Source: Bacteroidetes bacterium GWF2_35_48 (GTDB lineage: Bacteria > Bacteroidota > Bacteroidia > Bacteroidales > GWF2-35-48). Taken from it: a DNA stretch of 64,000 bases. Within the stretch, counting starts at the first letter, position 1. The number at the start of each line of letters is the position of its first letter. The translations under genes and the position numbers were made by a program. The notes under the pieces are model-generated. The model worked only from the letters and a program-made list of their open reading frames with translations, searched no databases and was not told the DNA's origin. The stretch spans positions 69,130 to 133,129 of the forward strand of contig MEOG01000096.1 in the NCBI GenBank assembly GCA_001769125.1, in the 5' to 3' direction. Below, in pieces: positions 17,391 to 25,476 of this stretch.

Positions 17391-19331
17391 ATGATTTCAT
17401 TGAACAACATAACATTGTATTTTGGTGGTTTTACCCTGTTTAAAGAGGTTTCTTTTCTTATCAACCCAACAGATAAAGTGGGTCTGGTTGGAAAGAACGG
17501 TGCGGGAAAAACAACATTGCTGAAACTAATTCTTGGAGAAATGTCTCCAAGCGAAGGAAGCATTAGCAAACCTGGTTCTATTCGTATCGGTTACCTTCCC
17601 CAGCAACTGAATTGTAAAGATGGAAAAACAGTAATTGATGAGACAAAGAAGGCATTTTCTGAAATTCTGGATTTACAAGAAATCATAGCAAAATACACAC
17701 ACGAAATATCAGAGCGGACAGATTACGAATCTGAAGAATATCTTTCCGTAATTACAAAATTAAATGAAGCAAATGATCGTTTTGCCTTGCTGGGAGGTCA
17801 TAACATGCAGGCAGAAACAGAGCAGACATTGCTTGGCCTGGGTTTCCTGCATTCCGATTTTAACAGGCAGACTTCTGAATTCAGCGGTGGTTGGAGAATG
17901 AGAATTGAACTGGCAAAAATTTTGCTACAGAAACCAGATGTTTTTTTGTTAGACGAACCCACGAATCACCTCGATATAGAATCCATACAATGGTTAGAAA
18001 CATTTCTCACGAATTATAATGGTGCTGTATTGCTTATTTCTCACGACCGCGCTTTTCTTGATAATGTTACAAAACGCACCGTTGAAATTTCTCTTGGAAA
18101 AACGTATGACTACAGAGTTCCTTACTCTGAATATGTAGTTTTGAGAAAGGAGCAGAGGGGAATACAAATGGCATCGTATCAGAATCAGCAAAAAATGATT
18201 GATGACACGGAACGTTTTATTGAAAGGTTCAGATACAAAGCATCGAAAGCTGTACAGGTGCAATCGCGCATCAAACAACTTGATAAAATAGACCGCATTG
18301 AAGTTGATGAAGAAGATAAATCTTCAATCCACTTTCGTTTTCCTCCTGCACCTCGCTCCGGAACTATTGTTGTTGAAACAGAAAATCTGGTGAAAAAATA
18401 CGGTGAAAAATGTATTCTTAATAATATTAATTTTATTGCAGAACGTGGAGAAAAAATAGCATTTGTAGGAAAAAACGGAGAAGGAAAAACAACATTATCC
18501 CGAATAATTGTTGGCGACCTCAATCATGAAGGCATTCTGAAAATAGGCTACAATACTCAAATCGGATATTATGCGCAAAATCAGCCTGATCTTCTTGATG
18601 AAAATAAAACCGTTTTTGAAACAATAGATTATGTTGCTGTCGGTGAAATACGAACTAAAATAAGAGATATTCTTGGCAGTTTTCTTTTTACGGGAGAAGA
18701 TATTGATAAGAAAGTAAAAGTATTATCAGGAGGGGAGCGCAGTCGTTTATCTCTTGCAAAATTATTATTAGAACCCAAAAATCTGCTTGTTCTTGATGAG
18801 CCCACAAATCATCTTGATATGAAGTCTAAGGATATTCTCAAACAAGCATTGATAAAATACGACGGTACGCTTATTCTGGTTTCTCACGACAGAGATTTTC
18901 TTGATGGATTAATTACAAAGGTATACGAGTTCAGAGATAAAAATATTAAGCAGTACATTGGAGGAATCTACGATTTTCTTAGAAAGAAAAAATTAAACTC
19001 ACTCAAAGAACTTGAAATAAAAAATCAACAAGCTCAATTTAAAGAAAAGGAACAAAGCTCTGCAAATAAAATTCAATACGAAGAAAAAAAAGAACAGGAG
19101 CGGGAACTAAGGAAAATTTCTAATCAGATTTCAAAAAGTGAGGAAAGAATAAATGTGTTAGAAACAGAGCTTGAAAAGATAAATGAATTGCTGGCAAATC
19201 CTGATAAAAATAACATAGCAGATTACAATGAACTTTTTTCAAAATATGAATCATCAAAAAAGGAAATTGATGAAGAAATGAGAAATTGGGAAAACCTGCA
19301 TTTAAGCTTCGAAGAATTTAAAAAAACCTGA
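17391..19331 (+). CDS. ABC-F family ATPase (two ABC domains, no TMD, C-terminal coiled coil)
   Basis: Two Walker A motifs (GKNGAGKTT, GKNGEGKTT), two LSGG signatures (FSGGWRMR, LSGGERSR) and Walker B motifs LLDEPTNHLD / VLDEPTNHLD. Confidence 0.9.
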   Translation: MISLNNITLYFGGFTLFKEVSFLINPTDKVGLVGKNGAGKTTLLKLILGEMSPSEGSISKPGSIRIGYLPQQLNCKDGKTVIDETKKAFSEILDLQEIIAKYTHEISERTDYESEEYLSVITKLNEANDRFALLGGHNMQAETEQTLLGLGFLHSDFNRQTSEFSGGWRMRIELAKILLQKPDVFLLDEPTNHLDIESIQWLETFLTNYNGAVLLISHDRAFLDNVTKRTVEISLGKTYDYRVPYSEYVVLRKEQRGIQMASYQNQQKMIDDTERFIERFRYKASKAVQVQSRIKQLDKIDRIEVDEEDKSSIHFRFPPAPRSGTIVVETENLVKKYGEKCILNNINFIAERGEKIAFVGKNGEGKTTLSRIIVGDLNHEGILKIGYNTQIGYYAQNQPDLLDENKTVFETIDYVAVGEIRTKIRDILGSFLFTGEDIDKKVKVLSGGERSRLSLAKLLLEPKNLLVLDEPTNHLDMKSKDILKQALIKYDGTLILVSHDRDFLDGLITKVYEFRDKNIKQYIGGIYDFLRKKKLNSLKELEIKNQQAQFKEKEQSSANKIQYEEKKEQERELRKISNQISKSEERINVLETELEKINELLANPDKNNIADYNELFSKYESSKKEIDEEMRNWENLHLSFEEFKKT

Positions 19332-19345
19332 TAGATTGATTTATT

Positions 19346-19927
19346 ATGTTTGTAAAAAAAATAAACATCAATCTTGAAAATATCGAAACGCCCCGACTGA
19401 TTTTACAACAAATAAGTCAGGAGCATGTAAACGATATTTTTGAGATTTATTATGATTACGATGTAATTCGTTTTACAGACAGCAATCTGCAATTTAGCAA
19501 AGATGATACGATACAATTTATTAATAAAATTAATGAATTATATCAACAGGAAAAAGCAATCTACTGGGGTTTGTTTGAGAAAAAAAAAAATAAAATTATC
19601 GGTACGATTGGCTTATATAATATAAAACATAAACATTTTTTCGCATCCATCAGTGTGCTACTGAATAAAAAATACTGGAGGCAGGGATATATGTTTGAGG
19701 CTTTGAGAACTTTTTTGCCTCATGCTTTTGATACAATACACCTACACAGAATCGAAGCGCAGATGTATATCCACCATGAAGCATCTGTCAATTTATTTGA
19801 AAAATTAAACTTTACAAGAGAAGCTATGCTGCGTGAGAATTTTCAGATTGAATGGAAGCAGGAAAATTCTTATTTGTATTCAATGTTAAAAAGTGAATTT
19901 CAGAACCTGAAAGAATTTTTCAGTTAA
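19346..19927 (+). CDS. GNAT family N-acetyltransferase (RimJ/RimL-like)
   Basis: 193 aa. RLILQQIS..., WGLFEKKKNKIIGTIGL and YWRQGYMFEAL fit the acetyl-CoA-binding core of GNAT enzymes. Confidence 0.8.
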   Translation: MFVKKININLENIETPRLILQQISQEHVNDIFEIYYDYDVIRFTDSNLQFSKDDTIQFINKINELYQQEKAIYWGLFEKKKNKIIGTIGLYNIKHKHFFASISVLLNKKYWRQGYMFEALRTFLPHAFDTIHLHRIEAQMYIHHEASVNLFEKLNFTREAMLRENFQIEWKQENSYLYSMLKSEFQNLKEFFS

Positions 19928-19933
19928 AAGTGT

Positions 19934-21145
19934 CTATTGATTTTCATTTTCAATTTGTTCTTCTTTGCTTTCAGGGTCTTCTGGTGACGAGCCTTTGCTA
20001 AATGATAAAGAAAATCCCTGAATAACCAAACGAATAAATATATTCAAATTCGGCTTGTATTGCTGATTCTCTCCTATGTTTGTCTTTTTTATGCAGGCAT
20101 TAAAACCAATATCAAATGAAAATTTCTGATTAAAATGCAACTGATAGCCTGCGCCTACAAGAAACCCATAACCAATCCCGCCTTGTTCCTGATTATACAT
20201 TTGAGACGTATAATTCATAATGCTGTACGTTAAACTCCCTATTTGAATTTCATTCTTTTTAACTTTTGTATTATTAAGATTAAAGCCAAATTCAAAATAG
20301 GGATTAAACAATTTATGAGAGCCAAAAACCTGATACCAGGAGAGGTTCATATCGAACCGAGCTTCTGTTCCAATTATTCCGCATTTCTTATAAGGTTGTT
20401 CCTGAAACGGAGTAACAGAATCAATATACAAATAAAAAACATCTACGGTTTTAAATTTTGAGTTATTAAAATCAAGACAAATAGCAGAGCGGGAATTCAA
20501 ATGATATTTTCCGAAAAAACCAACCAAAAATGCAGGGTCGTATTTCATATTTTGAGGGAGAGACGTTGAATCGTAAGTAAAGTTATATCCGTTTAATTCT
20601 TGTTTAATTTGGTCGTACTGGGAAGTATTAAAGGGATTAAGGACATACGAAAGGCTGTTTGACCCGGTACCATTATAATAGTTCGCGGTATATTTATTTG
20701 CAAAAGCTACTCCAATTGTACCCCCGAAATAAATTCCACTTTCATTTGAAAATTTTTTGTTTTTCTCAATAATTGGCTTTTTTTTCCGCTTCGCATTTCC
20801 TTTTTTCTGCGCATCAGGATTGTAGGTTGATTTATGAATTTCAACAAGAGCCTGCAGGCTATCGGGTATTGCTCTTTCATCTTTTGTATAATCCCAAAAA
20901 ATCATTTTATTTTTTCCTCTCAATACTTTTCTGTAATCACCGGAAATTGTTCGTGGCAAAAAAGTTTTTCCGTCTTTTGAAGTGAATTTAATTTTTAGGT
21001 CATAAGTCATTCCCGGTTGTGTGTTTACAAGGTCATAAGTAACCACCAGCCTGTTGTTTTTCTTATAGGAATGGATATTCGTTATTTCCTGAGAAAAAGC
21101 AGCAAAAGAAATTGAAAGTATTAGTATTAATAACAGAGACCTCAT
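19934..21145 (-). CDS. Hypothetical secreted protein, N-terminal Ig-like region plus probable outer-membrane beta-barrel
   Basis: 403 aa. Has a signal peptide (LLLILILSISFAAFSQ), a lysine-rich linker, an aromatic/Gly-rich alternating C-terminal half and an acidic tail. No family recognised. Confidence 0.6.
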   Translation of the reverse strand: MRSLLLILILSISFAAFSQEITNIHSYKKNNRLVVTYDLVNTQPGMTYDLKIKFTSKDGKTFLPRTISGDYRKVLRGKNKMIFWDYTKDERAIPDSLQALVEIHKSTYNPDAQKKGNAKRKKKPIIEKNKKFSNESGIYFGGTIGVAFANKYTANYYNGTGSNSLSYVLNPFNTSQYDQIKQELNGYNFTYDSTSLPQNMKYDPAFLVGFFGKYHLNSRSAICLDFNNSKFKTVDVFYLYIDSVTPFQEQPYKKCGIIGTEARFDMNLSWYQVFGSHKLFNPYFEFGFNLNNTKVKKNEIQIGSLTYSIMNYTSQMYNQEQGGIGYGFLVGAGYQLHFNQKFSFDIGFNACIKKTNIGENQQYKPNLNIFIRLVIQGFSLSFSKGSSPEDPESKEEQIENENQ

Positions 21146-21160
21146 TTATGTTTTTTAAAG

Positions 21161-21300
21161 TTATTCGACATTTTTAGTGGATGCTATATTTTGTTACAGG
21201 TTTAACATTTAAAGTTTAAGGTTCGACTCAATCTGAAACCTGAAACCTGAAACTATTTTCAATCGATCCATTTAAAACTTCCACTAATTTTAGCGAATAA
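21161..21300 (-). repeat. MITE-like element, family B (TIR TTATTCGAC(A)..TTAGTGGA), contains (CTGAAAC)x3
   Basis: The terminal IRs are TTATTCGACATTTTTAGTGGA and TCCACTAATTTTAGCGAATAA. The first 30 nt of its reverse complement are nearly identical to 34060-34089. The heptamer array is at 21233-21253 and the core GGTTCGACTCAATCT at 21220-21234. Confidence 0.6.
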
Positions 21301-21339
21301 CCATTTTTTACAAAACTAATAAATTTATACTTAATTTTC

Positions 21340-22773
21340 TCATACTTCTATCTTCTTCGATTTCTTAAACCATAAGAAAAATAGAACTGCAGCTACACCG
21401 GCAATGCTTATTCCCGCAATTTGTCCGATTTTCAGATTGAGTTGAAAACCTTCCGGTGCGACAAGAATATAGGAACTTACTACAGCAGTCATAAACAACG
21501 CGGGAATCAGAGTTATCCAGAAAAACTTTTTGTTTATGGCAAGATATACCGTAATCGTCCATAATACAATAACAGCAAGCGTTTGGTTCGACCAAGCCAT
21601 ATAACGCCATATAATTGCAAAATCAATTTGAGTAAGGACTAAGCCTATACAAAAAAGGGGAGCTGTAATAAGTAATCTGTTTTTAATTTTCTTTTGATCG
21701 CTTTTCAAAAAATCGGCAAGAATGAGGCGAGCACTACGGAATGCGGTATCGCCAGAAGTGATGGGAGCAGCAACAACACCAAGAATAGCCAATACAGCAC
21801 CGAATTTACCCAGTAAAGAATTTGAAATTTCATTCACAACCCATGCAGCATTTCCTTTGTGTTCGGTCAAAATATCATTCAATTCTCTTACCCCTCCGAA
21901 AAAACTCATGGCAACGGCAGCCCATATCATAGCAACAATTCCCTCTGTTATCATTGCTCCGTAAAAAACCCTGCGACCATTTTTTTCATTCTTTAAGCAA
22001 CGAGCCATAAGAGGCGATTGCGTTGCATGGAATCCGGAAATTGCGCCACAGGCAATAGTAACAAACATCATTGGAAAAATTGGAAAAGTATCAGGATTTG
22101 CATTCATATTTTTTAAGTGGGAAAGAGTCAATTCCGGCACAGGCAAACCATTGTAGAGCATTGCGCCTGCAATACCCACTGCCATAAAAAGCATTGCAAA
22201 ACCGAAGACAGGATATATTCTTCCGATAATTTTATCTACAGGAAGCATTGTTGCAAGGATATAATAAATAAATATTACAATAGCCCAGAATGTAATATCC
22301 ATCCATGCAGGCGTGAGTCCGGAAATTATTTTTGCAGGGCCCATTATGAAAACTGCGCCAACAAGCACCATCATGGCAACTGTAAATATGCGCATAAATT
22401 GCTTGACCGGAGTTCCGAGATATTTTCCAACAATGTCAGGAATGCTCATTCCACCGTTTCTCAGCGAAATCATTCCCGAAAAAAAATCATGAACAGCTCC
22501 ACCGAAAACACAACCGAGAACAATCCACAGGAAAGCAACCGGGCCCCAAACCGCTCCTGCAATTGCGCCAAAAATAGGACCCAGTCCGGCAATATTTAAA
22601 AACTGTATCAGAAAAATTTTGCCCCATCCCAAAGGAACATAATCAACCCCATCTGTCATTGTTGAAGCAGGAGTGGGGCGGGAGACATCAATTCCAAATA
22701 TTTTTTCCACGAGTTTTCCATAAAAAAAATATCCCAGAATTAAAGCTGCAATTGATATGATAAAAGTAATCAT
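21340..22773 (-). CDS. cstA: Carbon starvation protein A (CstA family peptide/pyruvate transporter)
   Basis: A polytopic membrane protein with the CstA-typical FGAIAGAVWGPVAF and ACGAISGFHATQSPLMAR. The start at M33 (ATG 22773) is supported by a -7 box 17 nt upstream. The longer ORF extends into a repeat element. Confidence 0.9.
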   Translation of the reverse strand: MITFIISIAALILGYFFYGKLVEKIFGIDVSRPTPASTMTDGVDYVPLGWGKIFLIQFLNIAGLGPIFGAIAGAVWGPVAFLWIVLGCVFGGAVHDFFSGMISLRNGGMSIPDIVGKYLGTPVKQFMRIFTVAMMVLVGAVFIMGPAKIISGLTPAWMDITFWAIVIFIYYILATMLPVDKIIGRIYPVFGFAMLFMAVGIAGAMLYNGLPVPELTLSHLKNMNANPDTFPIFPMMFVTIACGAISGFHATQSPLMARCLKNEKNGRRVFYGAMITEGIVAMIWAAVAMSFFGGVRELNDILTEHKGNAAWVVNEISNSLLGKFGAVLAILGVVAAPITSGDTAFRSARLILADFLKSDQKKIKNRLLITAPLFCIGLVLTQIDFAIIWRYMAWSNQTLAVIVLWTITVYLAINKKFFWITLIPALFMTAVVSSYILVAPEGFQLNLKIGQIAGISIAGVAAVLFFLWFKKSKKIEV

Positions 22774-22790
22774 AAGACAAAAAAATTTCT

Positions 22791-22798
22791 CAAAAATA
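22791..22798 (-). promoter_or_regulatory. -7 promoter box TATTTTTG upstream of cstA
   Basis: The reverse complement of CAAAAATA is TATTTTTG, 17 nt upstream of the ATG at 22773. Confidence 0.45.
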
Positions 22799-22858
22799 AT
22801 AAGCTTATGCGACAATTTTGAAAAGAATATGTTTTTATTTTTATAACTCAAATCATTA

Positions 22859-23153
22859 TTGTCCGACAAATATACAGGGCGCTCCTATGGAGCTTATTAA
22901 CATCAACGCAAATAAATTTGCTATACACAGGACGCTCCTATCGGAGCTGAACATATCGAAATAAAATTTTATTTAGGGTACTTCCCTCTATGATTCTTTG
23001 TAGGAAAATGGATGAATGTGTTGATGTTCCGTAGGAGCATACTGTTTATAATATATGCTTATCCTCATTTGTAGAAGCTCCATAGGAGCGCCCTGTCATC
23101 AAAACGTGTTGTAGTAACAAGTCTAACCTAAATGATAAAATTTTGTCGGACAA
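22859..23153. repeat. 295-bp nested-inverted-repeat element, family C (TIR TTGTCCGACAAA)
   Basis: The outer IR is TTGTCCGACAAA (22859-22870) with TTTGTCGGACAA (23142-23153). A perfect 19-bp IR, CAGGGCGCTCCTATGGAGC, lies at 22875-22893 and 23077-23095. An inner imperfect IR, ACAGGACGCTCCTATCGGAGC / GTTCCGTAGGAGCATACTGT, lies inside that. Confidence 0.6.
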
Positions 23154-23202
23154 TAGTGACCTCAAATAATAAAAGAAATAATTAAGCTGAATCTTCTATG
23201 TA

Positions 23203-23365
23203 GTGTCAGCAAGAAAACGTCAACTACTGCGTTACTCTCGTCATGAAAACAGTCATTTACAAAAGTAAACTCCTTGGTTTTCATGACTTCGAAAGCCTTG
23301 TATTTGACGTTTTCTTATCTGACACTAGCACTGTCAAGCAAAAACAGTAGTTTTCTTGCTGACAC
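23203..23365 (+). repeat. Structured intergenic repeat, family A copy 2, plus adjacent solo-IR hairpin
   Basis: The core at 23219-23318 differs from copy 1 at about 3 positions. The outer IR GTGTCAGCAAGAAAACG pairs with CGTTTTCTTATCTGACAC (23309-23325) and perfectly with GTTTTCTTGCTGACAC (23350-23365). Confidence 0.7.
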
Positions 23366-23444
23366 TATGTAAGCATAGCTTGATTTGCATTGGAGTGGCA
23401 TTATTTTTGTTAAACTAAAAATTTGAACTTCTCAAATATTAATT

Positions 23445-23452
23445 TAATTTTG
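23445..23452 (+). promoter_or_regulatory. -7 promoter box TAATTTTG upstream of 23480 gene
   Basis: TAnnTTTG match 28 nt before the ATG. Confidence 0.4.
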
Positions 23453-23479
23453 AAATTGATTATTTAAAACAAAAGTCTT

Positions 23480-24499
23480 ATGAGAAAAATTATTTATTCC
23501 CTCCTTTTACTCTCTTTTACTTCGATGCTTTTTGCTCAAAAAGGAAATGAAAAAGTAGAACTTCAGGTTTTTTTCCGTGACGGAAGCAACATGAAAGGAA
23601 CCACAAAACTTAATACAATAGAGCTGAAAACAGATTATGGAAAACTTGAAATTCCTGTTAAAAATGTAAATTCTATTGAATTCGGAATTGTAGAAAACCC
23701 CGCCCTGAAAGATAAAATAATTGCTCCTGTAAAACTTCTTTCCGATCCGAATGAAGAAATTCGTGGCAAAGCATACAAAGATATTATTGATATGGGAATT
23801 CAGGCTATTCCTGCCTTAAAAGCATTTATTGCTTCAGATAAATATGAGCCTGATGCCTATGCTGATTATACTGCGGAATCGGCATTGAAAGAATTACAAA
23901 TTTTAAATAATATCAACGACAATGCTTCTGATAAAGATGTTGTGAATTTCGACAATGTTTTTGTTGTAGGCGGGACGTATAATCTTTCAAACATTAACTT
24001 AGAAACAGAACATGGCGCATTAAACATTTCCAGAGATAAAATTAAAAAAATTGATGTTTACTATTTTGAGCCTGGTGATGGTTCTCAAAAAACATTCAAT
24101 CTTGCAGCCAATAAATACATCAGTGGAAACAATGCCGGAGGCTGGTTGGCAACAAACATAAATGTAAAAGTTGGTCAGAGAATAGAAATTACGGCTACAG
24201 GAGAAGTTTTTCTTGCAAGTCTCGCGGCTTCTTACAAACCCGATGGTACTTATGTTTCCACTACTAATAATGTAGGCAATGAAGGCGACCCATACAATTA
24301 TAACACCGGAACTGCAAACACGTATCCTACTTATGGAAGCCTTGTATACAAAATCGGGCAGAACGGACAAGCAATAAAAGCCGGTTCAAAATATTCAGGA
24401 GTTGCAAATAATTCGGGTATAATTTATATTTCAATTTACGAGACAGTTTTTAACGCAACTAATACAGGGTCATATAATGTAAAAATAAAAGTAAGGTAA
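23480..24499 (+). CDS. Secreted protein with HEAT-like repeat and C-terminal PA-IL/LecA-like lectin domain
   Basis: 339 aa with a signal peptide. DPNEEIRGKAYKDIIDMGIQAIPAL is HEAT-like. The C-terminus GSLVYKIGQNGQAIKAGSKYSGVANNSGIIYISIYETVFNATNTGSYNVKI resembles my recollection of the Pseudomonas LecA C-terminus (GALVMKIGNSG...[23 protein letters not shown]). Confidence 0.6.
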   Translation: MRKIIYSLLLLSFTSMLFAQKGNEKVELQVFFRDGSNMKGTTKLNTIELKTDYGKLEIPVKNVNSIEFGIVENPALKDKIIAPVKLLSDPNEEIRGKAYKDIIDMGIQAIPALKAFIASDKYEPDAYADYTAESALKELQILNNINDNASDKDVVNFDNVFVVGGTYNLSNINLETEHGALNISRDKIKKIDVYYFEPGDGSQKTFNLAANKYISGNNAGGWLATNINVKVGQRIEITATGEVFLASLAASYKPDGTYVSTTNNVGNEGDPYNYNTGTANTYPTYGSLVYKIGQNGQAIKAGSKYSGVANNSGIIYISIYETVFNATNTGSYNVKIKVR

Positions 24500-24507
24500 A
24501 ATTTTTA

Positions 24508-25149
24508 TTAACCTTTATTGTTTTCAAAATACCTGCAAAAATTCCGAATTACACATTCGTCGCACTTTGGTTTTCGCGCAACACAAACATACCTGCCATG
24601 CAAAATGAGCCAGTGATGCGCATCAGGAATGATTTTTTCCGGAATATGTTTTAATAATTGCATTTCTGTTTGTAGTGGATTTTTTGCATTTTCTGTTAGT
24701 CCTATACGGGCAGCAACTCTGTGAACATGCGTATCAACAGCTAATGTTGGTTTTCTGAAAACAACAGACGCAATTACATTTGCTGTTTTTCGTCCAACTC
24801 CCGGTAATTTTTGCAAGTCATCCACATCATCCGGGATTACTCCCTTAAACTCTGAAACTAATTTTTCAGCCATTCCTTTTAAATGCTTTGCTTTATTATT
24901 GGGATAAGAACAAGAACGTATCATTAGAAAAATATTTTTCTCACTTGCTTTTGCCATGCTTTCCGAATCGGGATATTTTTTAAACAAAGCTGGTGTTATC
25001 ATGTTCACACGCTTATCCGTACATTGCGCAGATAAAATTACTGCAACAAGTAATTGAAACGGGCTCTCATAATTCAACTCAGTTTCAGGCTCCGGCTGTA
25101 GTTTCTGAAATACTGAAAAAACTTTTTTATAACGGATTTTTATATCCAT
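24508..25149 (-). CDS. nth: Endonuclease III (DNA glycosylase/AP lyase)
   Basis: 213 aa. Has the HhH-GPD motif LPGVGRKTANV, catalytic AVDTHV, and the C-terminal 4Fe-4S cluster CVARKPKCDECVIRNFC. Confidence 0.93.
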   Translation of the reverse strand: MDIKIRYKKVFSVFQKLQPEPETELNYESPFQLLVAVILSAQCTDKRVNMITPALFKKYPDSESMAKASEKNIFLMIRSCSYPNNKAKHLKGMAEKLVSEFKGVIPDDVDDLQKLPGVGRKTANVIASVVFRKPTLAVDTHVHRVAARIGLTENAKNPLQTEMQLLKHIPEKIIPDAHHWLILHGRYVCVARKPKCDECVIRNFCRYFENNKG

Positions 25150-25476
25150 GGTTATTTATTATTGTTAGTACTTGCTATCTCCGCAATTCTTTAAGCCTTC
25201 CAGACTTCAGCTATCGTGTAGACACATCTTTTTTTAAATAGATTTTGTCATAAAATTTGCGGTTTATCTGTTTTTCACAAAAGTCAATTTCAAGCAAATT
25301 TTTCGCCAAAATCGTTTATGAGTTTTTCATAATTTGTATCCACACGGTAGCAGACATCAGCCAGGAATCCTTCGCACAAACCTTCGCAACAAAGCCTCAC
25401 ATAATTGTAATTCCTAATTCGGAATCTGTCAGCTGAAGCATGCAGGCTGGTTCCTAATTCGTAATTTATTATTAAC

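Noticed and set aside
21205-21240. tRNA-like T-arm sequence GGTTCGACTCAATC
   Set aside because: No acceptor stem, D-arm or anticodon arm can be drawn from the AT-rich flanks. The motif is the conserved core of the family B repeat (it matches 34176-34195 inverted).
21161-21312. Target-site duplication for the 21161-21300 element (TTTTTTA on both flanks)
   Set aside because: The match is a 7-nt homopolymer-like string offset by 3 nt from the right end, so it is indistinguishable from chance in AT-rich DNA. Only the 34050/34241 direct repeat is reported as a candidate TSD.
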